A DNA stretch of 64,000 nt from Akkermansia muciniphila (GTDB lineage Bacteria; Verrucomicrobiota; Verrucomicrobiia; Limisphaerales; F1-80-MAGS106): the NCBI GenBank assembly GCA_945865375.1, contig CAMBEJ010000003.1, forward strand, positions 9,862 through 73,861. Direction: 5' to 3'. Below the pieces are notes generated by a model. That model was not told the origin of the DNA and made no database searches. It saw nothing but the letters and a program-made list of their open reading frames with translations. The first letter of the stretch is position 1, and every line of letters starts with the position of its first letter. A program made the translations under genes and the position numbers. Shown here piece by piece: positions 1 through 10,037 of the stretch.

Positions 1-768
1 GCCGGTTTTGGAGCCGGGATCTGGAACGCGGTTCACACCGACATCCACCACCACGGCGCCGGGCTTCACCATATCCGCTGTCACAAACCGAGGCACTCCC
101 ATCGCCGCAATCAGGACGTCCGCGCGCCGACAATGCGCCGCAAGCCCACGGGTACCCGAGTGACAAAGGGTCACCGTGGCATTGGCTCTCTTGTCCTTCT
201 GAACGAGGATCGCTGATATCGGCTTGCCCACAATATTGCCCCGACCCAACACCACCACCTCCGCTCCGGATAAACGGACACCGCTGCGTATCAGCAACTC
301 ATGAATCCCTCCCGGTGTGCATGGGACAAACCCGGTCGGGTCCCCAAGCATCAGCTTCCCAACGTTGATCGGATGGAATCCATCGACGTCTTTGGCGGGC
401 TTCACGCTGGCATACACACAGGTCTCACGGATGTGCTTTGGGAGCGGTGCCTGAACCAGTATCCCATGCACGTTCGAATCCTCGTTCAACTTGAGGATCA
501 AGTCCACCAATTCAGCCTCCGTCGTGGATTCCGAAACCACGATGGTCTCGCTGGCCAAGCCCAGCCGCTTCGACGTCTTCTCCTTCATCCCCACGTAGAC
601 CCTGGACGCCGGATCCTCCCCAACCCGCACAAAAACAAGCCGTGGCTGTATCCCCCGCCTCGCCAAGGTGGCCACTCGGTCCGCTGTGTTCGCGTGGATC
701 TGTTCCGCGATCGCCTTGCCTTCGATGAGCTGACCTCGCCCCCCAGTTTCTGTGTGAAGCAAGGTCAT
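1..768 (-). CDS. folD: Bifunctional methylene-THF dehydrogenase / methenyl-THF cyclohydrolase FolD (C-terminus runs off the window start)
   Basis: Absent from the ORF track because it is open at position 1. Manual minus-strand translation from ATG 768-766 gives MTLLHTETGGRGQLIEGKAIAEQIHANTADRVATLARRGIQPRLVFVRVGEDPASRVYVGMKEKTSKRLG, then DSNVHGILVQAPLPKHIRET, then VVVLGRGNIVGKPISAILVQKDKRANATVTLCHSGT. These are canonical FolD motifs. Confidence 0.85.
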   Translation of the reverse strand, partial: MTLLHTETGGRGQLIEGKAIAEQIHANTADRVATLARRGIQPRLVFVRVGEDPASRVYVGMKEKTSKRLGLASETIVVSESTTEAELVDLILKLNEDSNVHGILVQAPLPKHIRETCVYASVKPAKDVDGFHPINVGKLMLGDPTGFVPCTPGGIHELLIRSGVRLSGAEVVVLGRGNIVGKPISAILVQKDKRANATVTLCHSGTRGLAAHCRRADVLIAAMGVPRFVTADMVKPGAVVVDVGVNRVPDPGSKTG

Positions 769-825
769 CTTTGGGATCTGAAAATGGGGATCAAACTGAT
801 GACAACAAGTCGGGCACAACCAAAT

Positions 826-1923
826 TCAAGGAACCAAGTCCAGGCTTTCCACCTCCAACACGGGCGTCGATGCCCACCGTCGATCTATGAATTCCTCCCC
901 GGTCACCAGCACTTTCCGACCCTTGTAGGATTCTAATTTGATGCCCAGCTTGCCGGCGTGCAAAAAGTTGATCAACCGCCCACCTTGCGCCGTGCGCAAA
1001 CCAAAAAAAGTGGGAGCCTGAATGCTGTCGAAAAACGTTCCGCTCACCAACCCTTCACGGGTCACGATTCGACGGGTCAATTTTCCCTCGATAACAACCG
1101 CTCCGGGAACGGGCCGAAAGGTCTCCGACCGCAGCGGCACGGCGACAGCAGGGGGAGCCTCGGAAACAACCGCCGCCGCGCGCGAAGGAGACACCCCCGC
1201 CAGAACGGGGTCCGATGGCAGCGATTGAACCGCTGGAGGCGTCTCCACCACAACGACCACCTCTGTGTTGGGTTCGGCCGGTTTCTCAACAGGGATCACG
1301 ACCACCGCCGGTTCTGCCGCAGCATTCACCACTGCTGGCGCTGCCGGTTTCGTCGTCTCGACCGTGGTTGAGACGCCCTCTTTTTCTGGAGGAGCAGGCG
1401 TCGATCGCGAGCCCTTCGCCATCATCCCACCCACAAATTCAACCAGGTCCGCAGACACAAAAGCATAGGCGCCAGCGGGGGCCACAATCTCCATCCATTC
1501 CTCTTTCCGTCGAAGCTCCTGGACTGCGGTTCCTTTCTCGATTCGTCCTAAAACGCTAAAATTCTCGCCAGCGCCTGATCGGAGATTCAATCGTTGCAAT
1601 GCCGTTCTTCCTGTTTCATCCAAAAACCCGGCATGCACCCACACGGGAGTGTTCAGGGGCAGCGCTATCCGGAACCACCGGGACGCCTCATCCGCCTTCA
1701 GCTTTGCCGGTGTCAGTTCTTCCAGAATCGTGACTTTCTCTCCTCTCTGAAGGCGGGTGACAACCTCGCTTGCCAGCGTTGCCTTCCCACGGACATTCAC
1801 ATGGTCGCCCACAATAGTGCCGACCCCAAGGGCCGGACTCTCAGCCCCATGCGTCGCGCCCAAGGTGTGCAAAAAGACTGCGGCAAACACCCCGAAAAAT
1901 CCCGCATTCTGGCCAAATCTCAT
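826..1923 (-). CDS. Secreted SH3b (bacterial SH3-type) domain protein
   Basis: ORF track 826..1971. The likely start is ATG 1923 (Met17), giving a signal-like N-terminus MRFGQNAGFFGVFAAVFLHTLGATHG. Two SH3b-like segments (GDHVNVRGKATLASEVVTRLQRGEKV; LNLRSGAGENFSVLGRIEKGTAV..EWMEI) and a Pro/Ala/Val-rich linker. Confidence 0.7.
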   Translation of the reverse strand: MRFGQNAGFFGVFAAVFLHTLGATHGAESPALGVGTIVGDHVNVRGKATLASEVVTRLQRGEKVTILEELTPAKLKADEASRWFRIALPLNTPVWVHAGFLDETGRTALQRLNLRSGAGENFSVLGRIEKGTAVQELRRKEEWMEIVAPAGAYAFVSADLVEFVGGMMAKGSRSTPAPPEKEGVSTTVETTKPAAPAVVNAAAEPAVVVIPVEKPAEPNTEVVVVVETPPAVQSLPSDPVLAGVSPSRAAAVVSEAPPAVAVPLRSETFRPVPGAVVIEGKLTRRIVTREGLVSGTFFDSIQAPTFFGLRTAQGGRLINFLHAGKLGIKLESYKGRKVLVTGEEFIDRRWASTPVLEVESLDLVP

Positions 1924-2162
1924 AAAGTTCCAACGCGTGCGCCGACAACGTGTCATCGCCTGCGACCACAAACAGCCTCGATCTCACACACCAATACCAA
2001 CCCAGCCTTGCAGCAGGTCGCTCCTGTGCGACAACACCGTTGATCCCCAATTTAGTGCCCGCTCGTTTGACTGTCCACGAAATCCTCAAAAAACCGTGAG
2101 CCCCATCCAGGCATGGGTACCATTTCTCAAAATGGGGCGGACGCCAGGCCACCCGCAAAGGC

Positions 2163-5100
2163 TCATTGGTCGGGACCAAATGTGGCCATCGATTTGCCGC
2201 TCCCATCAAACACGCGTAACACTCCCTGGCCACCGCCGGTCACCACACGGTCCCCATCGGTCGTGATCTCCGCGCTCTGCAGGTAGTCCCCTCCGACATC
2301 GAATGAGCGCAGCTTCTCGCCTTTCTCATTGTTCACCCGGAGTTGGGCGTCCCCCGAGGCGCTTAAAGTGTGGTCAGCCAGACCCACAAAACGCACCGCC
2401 GTGACCTCTTTCGTCGCCCCATCCACGTTCCTTTTTCGATCCCCAGTGGCGACATCCCAAACTTTAACAATCCCGTCCGCGCCACCTGTCGCCAGGCCTC
2501 GGCCATCGGCTCGCCATCGGACGCTCAAAACATAGTCCGTATGCCCCTCAAACGTTTTTAAAATCTTGCCATCCGAGAGGTCTGTCACCTTCGCAAAGCG
2601 GTCGGCGGAGCACGTCGCCAGAAGTTTGCCGTCGGGTGAAAAATCCAGGCCGAAGACCACGTCGCTGTGAACATTCGTTAAATCCTTGTGCAAGGTTCCT
2701 CGAACGACATCCCAAATCTTCACCTCCCCGCCCCGGCTCGGCTGCCCTCCACCCGTGGCAAGGAATTTGCCATCGGGGCTGAATCCCAAGGCCGTAATCC
2801 GATCCGCAAAGACTCCATTGGTGCTAGTCCCGGCAATCACCCGTTCTAAATGCCAACCCAAACCGCGATGCCACACCCGAATAGAACGGTCCGCGCCCAC
2901 AACCACCCACTTTACGCCGCCCTCCAGCACGGCCGCTCCGCGTGCGCCTCCGGGAGAACTTTGATGGGCCTCAATCGGCCGGGGCGCACCCATCGCCCAA
3001 ACCTGCACGGTGCCCGCGTCATCCACGGTGGTGAGGCTTTTGCCATCGCCCGCAAAGGCCACACTTCGAACAGGCTTTGCCGCTCTTTTCATGGCGGTTT
3101 CAGCCTTCGCGATCGCTTCAGTCGCCTCTGTTACTCCAGTTTCTGACCCGCGAAGCACCTCCTCCGCAACGGCCAAGGCAAGACGAGATTTCTCGACGGA
3201 TGTCACAGCCAAGGCGCGCTCGTTTTCCGCGTTCGCAGAAGCCATCCCCGTTTTCTTCTGTTCCGCCGCAGCCGCGTCCGCCGCCTTGGTGGCCTCCGTG
3301 GACCGCTCCGTTACAGGCTTCCTTTTCTCCGCAACCAAAGCCTGCGCCTTGTCAGCATAGGCTTTATACTCCGCCGCCAACTTCGCCCCATCCACGGCGG
3401 CGGCCACCAACTTTTGTACCGTCTCCAAAGACTCAGCCACCGATTTAGACTGCTTTTCAAAGGCTTCCAACGCTGCGGCAGCCGTCGCCTTGGCACCATT
3501 CGCTTTGTCCAGCGCAACGCGCTTTTCTTGGTCGGATTTTTCAGCGGCAGCCACCGCTTCCACTGCCTTTTTGTGACGCTCCAATTGTCCGTTCAGTTCG
3601 TTGGTCGAGCTCTGCACCACACCCTTCGAGTAGGCGACGGTGTTTGTGGCCAACCTTGCCGTACGCTCCGCTGTCCATTGCGCGATCAGCAGCTCCCGAT
3701 AACCTCGGCCTTCAAACACGGGTTCTTTTTTCCCCAGTTCCCAAACCTTCAACGAGCCGTCTTCGGCCGCCGAGGCTACCCGCTTGGCATCGGGACCAAA
3801 AACCGCTGCGCTCAAGGGAGTTCCGTGTTGAAATCGCTGCACGAGTTTCCCGTTTGCCAGCTCCCAAAGCCCTACCGAACCGTCCGCACCGCCGGTCAAC
3901 AAGCGTGAACCATCCGCGGAGACTTCAACCACCGTCACCGAGTTCGTGTGCGCCACAAAATCCACATCAGGATTCCCCGCAGGGATCTTTGCCAAACTCC
4001 AGACCTGAACCGCGCCGCTTCCAAATCCGAAAACAGCACCCGCCGACTCCCCGAACAATGCCCCTGAGGAAACCTTCCCGGAAAGCTTCACGACACTGAT
4101 CAGTCTGCCGCTCGACGTCTCCCAGAGGCACGCCAAGCCATCGTCTCCGACGGTCAACAAACGATCCTCTCCCGTTGCAAAATTCAGCGCGGCTACGCGC
4201 CCTTTGTGAGCCCCCTTCCTCCAAATCGATTTCCCTGACGCAAGATCGAAAACCTGAACAGAACCCTTCGCTCCACACACTGCGGCGAACCGCCCTTTCG
4301 CGGAAACCGTTGCCATGGCAGCATCCTCTCCCACCTTCTTCATTTCACGAACCAAAGTAGGACGGAGACGACTCCAAATCCTCACCTCGCGGTAACCCGC
4401 CGAAGCAAGACGTTCCCCATCCGGGCTGAAACAGAGGGCGTTGACCCAATCACGGTGGGGATTGGCCGCTAAGGTCTGCTCTAAATCCCTCTCGGATCCC
4501 CTAAGATTCTGGGGAGGCAGCCGGGATCGCCCGGTGCCTTGGGTGGTCGAAACCAGGACTGCTCTCTCCCTGACCAGTGCGGGGTGTTTCGGCGGAACCT
4601 CGGGCAAAGCCATCGCCTTCTCGCCACTCAACTTTGCCCCGAGTGCTTGTCGGCCCAAATCGTAAACAGAAATTCGATTCCCACGTGCGCACGCGGCAAA
4701 CGTCGCATCAGGACTGACCGCAACGGCGTAAATCCCCTTCAGAGACGAGGGCAGGGGCTGCCAGGTGAGCACGATTTCGCCGCGCACTTCTCCTTTGGCT
4801 CCTTGATCGATCCACAACTGGATCAGACCCAACTGCTCAGGTGTGAAATCGACCGCCGATACCTTATTCTCCTTCGGGGGCATGCGAGGCTTGGCCTCAT
4901 GGGTTGCCAATTTGAACAACAGGCTCTCGGCCGATTTCCCGGGGACCACGGCAGGCCCGGACTCCCCCCCCTTTAGAATCGTTGCGGGCGTTTCCAAAAT
5001 CAGATCGGCTTTGGTGGTGGTTTTGTTATGGCAAGCCAGGCAGTTAGCCTTCAGCAGGGGAAGGATCTCACGCTCAAAATCAACGGTTGTTTTGCGCGCC

Positions 5101-5261
5101 AACGGCTTGACAGGAAGAACGCCTTTGGAGGCCTCCGAGGCAACCTGAGCCAAACTCCTCGCACAACCGAACTCCGCCAGGGCGACGATCAACAGGAGCA
5201 GAGCAGGCCAAACTCCTACTTCGAAGCCGGGCCCACTAGCTGTTCTCTTTAGCGTCATCAT
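2163..5261 (-). CDS. Planctomycete-type cytochrome c (PSCyt1-like, CxxCH) domain protein with WD40 repeats and a central coiled coil
   Basis: ORF track 2163..5321. The probable start is MMTLKR at 5261, followed by a TM/signal segment. Heme-binding motif in LLKANCLACHNKTTTKADL. Multiple WD40-like units (FSPDG..LATGG, VKVWD, VRVWH) are split by an ~230-aa Ala/Lys/Glu-rich coiled-coil segment. Confidence 0.8.
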   Translation of the reverse strand: MMTLKRTASGPGFEVGVWPALLLLIVALAEFGCARSLAQVASEASKGVLPVKPLARKTTVDFEREILPLLKANCLACHNKTTTKADLILETPATILKGGESGPAVVPGKSAESLLFKLATHEAKPRMPPKENKVSAVDFTPEQLGLIQLWIDQGAKGEVRGEIVLTWQPLPSSLKGIYAVAVSPDATFAACARGNRISVYDLGRQALGAKLSGEKAMALPEVPPKHPALVRERAVLVSTTQGTGRSRLPPQNLRGSERDLEQTLAANPHRDWVNALCFSPDGERLASAGYREVRIWSRLRPTLVREMKKVGEDAAMATVSAKGRFAAVCGAKGSVQVFDLASGKSIWRKGAHKGRVAALNFATGEDRLLTVGDDGLACLWETSSGRLISVVKLSGKVSSGALFGESAGAVFGFGSGAVQVWSLAKIPAGNPDVDFVAHTNSVTVVEVSADGSRLLTGGADGSVGLWELANGKLVQRFQHGTPLSAAVFGPDAKRVASAAEDGSLKVWELGKKEPVFEGRGYRELLIAQWTAERTARLATNTVAYSKGVVQSSTNELNGQLERHKKAVEAVAAAEKSDQEKRVALDKANGAKATAAAALEAFEKQSKSVAESLETVQKLVAAAVDGAKLAAEYKAYADKAQALVAEKRKPVTERSTEATKAADAAAAEQKKTGMASANAENERALAVTSVEKSRLALAVAEEVLRGSETGVTEATEAIAKAETAMKRAAKPVRSVAFAGDGKSLTTVDDAGTVQVWAMGAPRPIEAHQSSPGGARGAAVLEGGVKWVVVGADRSIRVWHRGLGWHLERVIAGTSTNGVFADRITALGFSPDGKFLATGGGQPSRGGEVKIWDVVRGTLHKDLTNVHSDVVFGLDFSPDGKLLATCSADRFAKVTDLSDGKILKTFEGHTDYVLSVRWRADGRGLATGGADGIVKVWDVATGDRKRNVDGATKEVTAVRFVGLADHTLSASGDAQLRVNNEKGEKLRSFDVGGDYLQSAEITTDGDRVVTGGGQGVLRVFDGSGKSMATFGPDQ

Positions 5262-5407
5262 CCTGGTTTGACGCCACCTTACAGCTTCCTCTTCAGAGTC
5301 GTCCAGCCCGACTTGCAGCAATCCAGCAGTCCTGGCCCCAAGTGGCTCCCAATGGGCTCTCAGATGGATCGATCCCTGGAGTCAGTCGATGAATTACGGA
5401 GAAAACC

Positions 5408-6712
5408 GTGGACATGGCACGTCGAATCTCTAGCCTTCGTGCCACGCACTCATTCATGGTTCGACGGCTCTCATCATCTCTGTTTCCGTGGCTTGCAGCC
5501 ATGCTTTCGATCCTTCCCGGATGCGGGCCTGGCATGCAGCCCCTCTCCAAATCTGGCGGGGATGCCCAGTCTGCCGCACCCCGTTCGGTCCGCGTGGCGA
5601 CTGTGACTGTCGGCTTTCTCGATCGAGCAGTGCAAGTGACAGGCACGCTCGCCCCCATCGATCTGGCCACGCTCAGCACCAAGGTCGCAGGCCGCCTCGA
5701 AACCCTCCCGGTTGATCTGGGGAGCGATGTCCGAAAAGGCGACGTGATCGCACGCCTCGAATCTCGTGACTATGAGCTCCGTCTTCTCCAAGCACAGGCT
5801 CTCTTGGCGCAGGCTCGGGCTCCCTTGGGACTGCCTCTTGCCGGCGAGGATGATTCTGTGGCTTTGGAAAAGACCAGCATCGTCAAACAGGCCCGCGCCC
5901 TTCTCGACGAATCCCTCAAAGCTCGGGACCGCGCCCTGAAACTCCGGGCACAAGGCATTCTTCCCGACGCCGAACTCGAGTCCGTCGAGGCCAGTTTTCG
6001 CGTGGCCGAAACCAAGGACCAGCTCGCCATCGAAGAGGTCCGTCAAAAACAAGCCATCCTCGCCCAGCGAAGAGCGCAGGTCGAGATCGCCAAGCAAGAG
6101 CTTGCCGATACGCGGATTGCCGCGCCTTTCGATGGCAAAGTGGTTGATCGCCGCGCGCAGCCTGGCGAGATCCTGGCCGTCGGTTCCCCCGTGATCTCCA
6201 TTGTTCGCATGGACCCTCTCCGCCTCCGGGTCGACGTCTCCGAGCGAGACGCTCCAAAAATCAAGATCGGCCAGCGCGTCCGCATCACGATCGATGGCGA
6301 CACCAACCGATTTTCAGGCGAACTCAAACGGCTCAGCCCGGTCATCAGCGACCAAAGCCGGACTCTCACAGCGGAGGCGGATTTCCCGAACGAGGGCTCC
6401 CTGCGTCCGGGAGCATTCGCCCGCGCAGAAATCATCGTCGCCGCCCAGGAGCGGGCTCTCATGGTTCCGACCCAGGCCATCGCCACCTTCGCCGGCCTTG
6501 AGAAGGTGTTTTTGGTCAAGGATGGCAAAGCCCTGGAGCGCAGCGTCATCACTGGACGGACGGAAGGAGCCAACGTGGAGATTCTGTCTGGAGCCAGGGA
6601 AAATGACGTCGTCGTTCTCGATCCGGGCAGCCTCCGGACCGGCCAGCCGGTCACGGTTGATAATCAGCCACCCAAAGGCACGGCACACTCCCCAAAGCGG
6701 CCCAGATCGTAA
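5408..6712 (+). CDS. Efflux RND transporter periplasmic adaptor subunit (HlyD/MFP family)
   Basis: 434-aa ORF with a lipoprotein-like N-terminus (LSILPGC). Has the biotinyl-lipoyl-like, coiled-coil hairpin and beta-barrel pattern typical of MFPs (GDVIARLESRDYEL; IAAPFDGKVVDR). Its stop overlaps the start of the RND permease. Confidence 0.85.
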   Translation: MDMARRISSLRATHSFMVRRLSSSLFPWLAAMLSILPGCGPGMQPLSKSGGDAQSAAPRSVRVATVTVGFLDRAVQVTGTLAPIDLATLSTKVAGRLETLPVDLGSDVRKGDVIARLESRDYELRLLQAQALLAQARAPLGLPLAGEDDSVALEKTSIVKQARALLDESLKARDRALKLRAQGILPDAELESVEASFRVAETKDQLAIEEVRQKQAILAQRRAQVEIAKQELADTRIAAPFDGKVVDRRAQPGEILAVGSPVISIVRMDPLRLRVDVSERDAPKIKIGQRVRITIDGDTNRFSGELKRLSPVISDQSRTLTAEADFPNEGSLRPGAFARAEIIVAAQERALMVPTQAIATFAGLEKVFLVKDGKALERSVITGRTEGANVEILSGARENDVVVLDPGSLRTGQPVTVDNQPPKGTAHSPKRPRS

Positions 6713-9700
6713 TGCAGAAACTTGCGGAAATAAGCATCCGACGGCCGGTCTTCGCCTCCATGATCATCCTGGCGCTTGTGGTCACGGGTACCACCGCCTA
6801 CTTCCATCTGAACGTCGATCGCACACCTTCCGTCGATATCCCCACGGTCTATGTGAGCACCACCATCCCTGGCGCCTCCCCGGTCGAGATGGAATCGATG
6901 GTGGCGCAGCGCATCGAAGAGAACGTCAATACGGTTGAGGGCATCGCGGAACTCCGGTCCTTTTCGGGAGTGGGCCGCTCTTTTGTCATCATTCGGTTCA
7001 ACTTGAGCCGCGACGCCAACCAAGCCGTCGAGGACGTGCGTAACCGCGTGGCCTCCACCATTGACGAAATGCCCCGCGAGGCGGATCCCCCCAGGGTTAC
7101 AAAATTTGACACCGATGCCTCCCCCATTTTGGGCTTGGCTCTCGCGGGCGACCGTTCGGTGCGCGAGCTCACTGAAATGGCGGATAAGATTGTCAAAGTT
7201 CAGATCGAGCGCTCCGACGGAGTGGGCGACGTAGAAGTGTTTGGAGGGCTCCCGCGATCGATCAACATCTGGGTGGATGCCGACCGCTTGGCGGCATACC
7301 AACTTCCCATCACAGCGGTGCGGGAGGCCATTGTGCGCCAGAACGCCAATGTCCCTGGAGGTAATGTGACGGGGCGCAAACAAGAGCAGACGCTGCGCAC
7401 GCTGGGGCGCATGACCCATCCCGCAGAATTCAACGACCTCGTGATCGCCACGGTCAAAGGCATCCCAATCCGGATCCGCGACATCGGGTGGGCTGAGGAC
7501 GGCACCAAAGAGATGCGCTCCTTCGCGCGCCTGAACGGTCAGACGACCGTGAGCCTGGACATCCGCCGCCAGTCCGGAGCCAACACCGCCCAGGTGATTG
7601 AGGGCCTCAAAGCCAAGATCCCCTCCATCCTGGCGCAACTTCCGCCGGATGTCCGCCTGGAAGTCATCCGCGACCAGTCGCGCTACATCCATGAGGCCCT
7701 GAGCGAGATCAAACTCCATCTCGTTCTAGGCAGCATTCTCGCGAGCCTGGTGGTGCTGGTGTTCATGAAAAGCTGGCGCTCCACCCTCATCGCCGCCGTC
7801 GCCATCCCAGCATCGGTCATCTCTACATTCGGCATGATGTGGGCTCTGAACTTCACGCTCAACAGCGTCACGATGCTCGCTCTCGTCCTCATGGTGGGCA
7901 TCGTCATCGACGACGCCATCGTGGTGCTCGAAAACATCTTCCGGTTTATAGAGGAAAAGGGCATGTCCTCATTCGACGCCGCACGGGCCGCCACCAAAGA
8001 GATCGGCCTAGCGGTCATGGCCACCACCTTCAGTCTGGTGGTCATCTTTGTGCCTGTCTCTTTTATGTCGAGCGTCGCGGGACGATTCCTTTTCCAGTTC
8101 GGCCTCACGGCGGCCGTCGCGGTCCTTGTCAGCTTGCTGGTCTCCTTCACGCTCACACCCATGATGTCGGCCCGGCTTCTCCGCGCCAGTGACGTGACTC
8201 TCGATCCTCACGGCAGAACCCGGTCGCGCGGCGGGTTTTATTCATGGATCGATCGTGGTTATTCCCGCTCCCTTGTATGGTCCATGAAACACCGCTGGTT
8301 CATCGGCACGCTCGCCTTGGCGGTCATGCTCTCCTCAATTCCACTTTATAAAAAAGTTCCGCAGGAGTTCACCCCCGGCAATACCGACGAAGGGGAATTC
8401 GAAATCAGCGTGAGCGCCAAAGAAGGCACCGGTCTGGAAGTCATGAACTCGGTCATGCAACGCGTCGAACAGGAGCTGCAGACTATCCCCACCATTCGGG
8501 TGATGCTCACCATGGCCGGTGCCGGCGGGGGGCCATCCGCAACCCCTAACAACGGGCGGATCTACGTGCGCCTCGCGCCTCATGACGAACGAGGTTTTTC
8601 GCTCAAACGGCTCTTCTCCTCAAAGCCTCTCGAGGCGTTCAGAAAGCGCATCACTCAGCGCGATGTCATGCAGGAAGTCCGTAAACGGCTCAAACCCTTC
8701 TCAGACGTTCGCGTCAGCGTTCGCAACTTGGCGTCCTCAATCAGCCTGGGCGGCCCAAACTGGGACGTCGATTTTGCGCTCCTCGGGCCCGACCTCGAAC
8801 AGCTATCCGCTTACGCCGAGGCTCTGCGGGAAAAGGGCCCCGAGCTCGGCCTCCTGGACCTGGACACTTCTCTCAAGCTCGACAAACCGGAGTTACGCGT
8901 GCAGATCGACCGCGAACGCGCCGCCGCCCTGGGTGTGGACACCCAGGACATCGCCAACGCGCTGCGCATCATGGTGGGGGGCGATCCCAGGGTCTCGCGC
9001 TTCCGCGACAACAGTGTGAATGACGACTACGATGTGCAACTCCGGCTCACCGACCACGATCGAAATGATGTGTCCGCAATCTCGCGGCTGTTTGTTCCAA
9101 AAAAAGGAGGCGGGTTGGTCCGTCTTGATAACGTCGTGCAGATTGTGCGAGCCCAGACCGCCTCGCGCATCGAACGTTTGGAACGGCAGCGCAGCATCAG
9201 CGTTCGCGGTGCCGTCGCGCCCGGATTTGCCCTCGGCGATCGTCTCGACGCGCTCCGCGACGCCGCCAAAGCCCTGAACATGCCCCCCGCCTACAGCTAC
9301 AAAGTGTCCGGACGCGGACGCGAGCTCGAGGCCACTTTCAAGGAGTTTCTCTGGGCGTTTCTTTTCTCGATCGTGTTCATGTACATGATCCTCGCTTCCC
9401 AATACGAAAGCCTTGTTCATCCTCTCACCATTCTGCTGTCGCTCCCCTTGTCTCTTCCGTTTGCGCTGCTTTCGTTGTGGTTGTCTGGAAACACCCTGAA
9501 CCTCTACTCCGCGCTCGGGCTTCTCGTGCTGTTCGGAGTGGTCAAGAAAAACGCGATCCTTCAAATCGATCACATGAATACTCTGCGCAAACAAGGCATG
9601 GAACGTCTGCCCGCCATTCTCCAGGCGAACAGGGATCGTCTCCGCCCTATTCTCATGACCACCCTCGCGCTGGTGGCGGGGATGCTCCCTCTGGCGGCGG

Positions 9701-9906
9701 GATCGGGCCCCGGAGCGGAGGAACGACGCGCCGTAGCCGTGGTCGTCATAGGCGGCCAGAGCTTGTGCCTCCTCCTCACCCTGCTCGTGACGCCTGTCGC
9801 CTATTCCTATCTCGATGACCTCGGCACCTGGCTCCGCTCCCGTTTGTGGAGTCAAACCACGCCAGCCCACAGCCTTCCCGCCCCAGCCGGGTCTGACCGC
9901 CGTTGA
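6712..9906 (+). CDS. Efflux RND transporter permease subunit (AcrB/CzcA family)
   Basis: 1,064-aa ORF with 12-TM AcrB-type organisation. N-terminus is MQKLAEISIRRPVFASMIILALVV; conserved VGIVIDDAIVVLENI and KNAILQIDH motifs. Confidence 0.95.
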   Translation: MQKLAEISIRRPVFASMIILALVVTGTTAYFHLNVDRTPSVDIPTVYVSTTIPGASPVEMESMVAQRIEENVNTVEGIAELRSFSGVGRSFVIIRFNLSRDANQAVEDVRNRVASTIDEMPREADPPRVTKFDTDASPILGLALAGDRSVRELTEMADKIVKVQIERSDGVGDVEVFGGLPRSINIWVDADRLAAYQLPITAVREAIVRQNANVPGGNVTGRKQEQTLRTLGRMTHPAEFNDLVIATVKGIPIRIRDIGWAEDGTKEMRSFARLNGQTTVSLDIRRQSGANTAQVIEGLKAKIPSILAQLPPDVRLEVIRDQSRYIHEALSEIKLHLVLGSILASLVVLVFMKSWRSTLIAAVAIPASVISTFGMMWALNFTLNSVTMLALVLMVGIVIDDAIVVLENIFRFIEEKGMSSFDAARAATKEIGLAVMATTFSLVVIFVPVSFMSSVAGRFLFQFGLTAAVAVLVSLLVSFTLTPMMSARLLRASDVTLDPHGRTRSRGGFYSWIDRGYSRSLVWSMKHRWFIGTLALAVMLSSIPLYKKVPQEFTPGNTDEGEFEISVSAKEGTGLEVMNSVMQRVEQELQTIPTIRVMLTMAGAGGGPSATPNNGRIYVRLAPHDERGFSLKRLFSSKPLEAFRKRITQRDVMQEVRKRLKPFSDVRVSVRNLASSISLGGPNWDVDFALLGPDLEQLSAYAEALREKGPELGLLDLDTSLKLDKPELRVQIDRERAAALGVDTQDIANALRIMVGGDPRVSRFRDNSVNDDYDVQLRLTDHDRNDVSAISRLFVPKKGGGLVRLDNVVQIVRAQTASRIERLERQRSISVRGAVAPGFALGDRLDALRDAAKALNMPPAYSYKVSGRGRELEATFKEFLWAFLFSIVFMYMILASQYESLVHPLTILLSLPLSLPFALLSLWLSGNTLNLYSALGLLVLFGVVKKNAILQIDHMNTLRKQGMERLPAILQANRDRLRPILMTTLALVAGMLPLAAGSGPGAEERRAVAVVVIGGQSLCLLLTLLVTPVAYSYLDDLGTWLRSRLWSQTTPAHSLPAPAGSDRR

Positions 9907-9962
9907 CTCTCTCGCCGCTTCGAGCGCGGTCAGCGGGCAGCGCGCGCCAGTAACGAAGGCTC

Positions 9963-10031
9963 TGAACTCAGTAAAACGACCCTGTTTAGCCGGATTCCAG
10001 ATCTCGATGTCAACCGCTTTTACTGAGGTCT
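9963..10031. mobile_element. MITE-like element, family 2, short form (69 bp)
   Basis: Imperfect terminal inverted repeats TGAACTCAGTAAAACG / CGCTTTTACTGAGGTCT. Flanked by an exact 8-bp direct repeat GAAGGCTC (9955-9962 and 10032-10039). The same termini recur at 16547 and 23011. Confidence 0.7.
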
Positions 10032-10037
10032 GAAGGC

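Noticed and set aside
301-936. Plus-strand 211-aa ORF at the window start.
   Set aside because: It is antisense to folD, which I could translate with canonical motifs on the minus strand.
5408-9906. The HlyD-family adaptor plus large permease as the secretion apparatus for the RTX giant protein.
   Set aside because: The permease is a 12-TM AcrB-type RND pump, not a T1SS ABC transporter. It lies more than 33 kb away on the other strand, and no TolC-like gene accompanies it.
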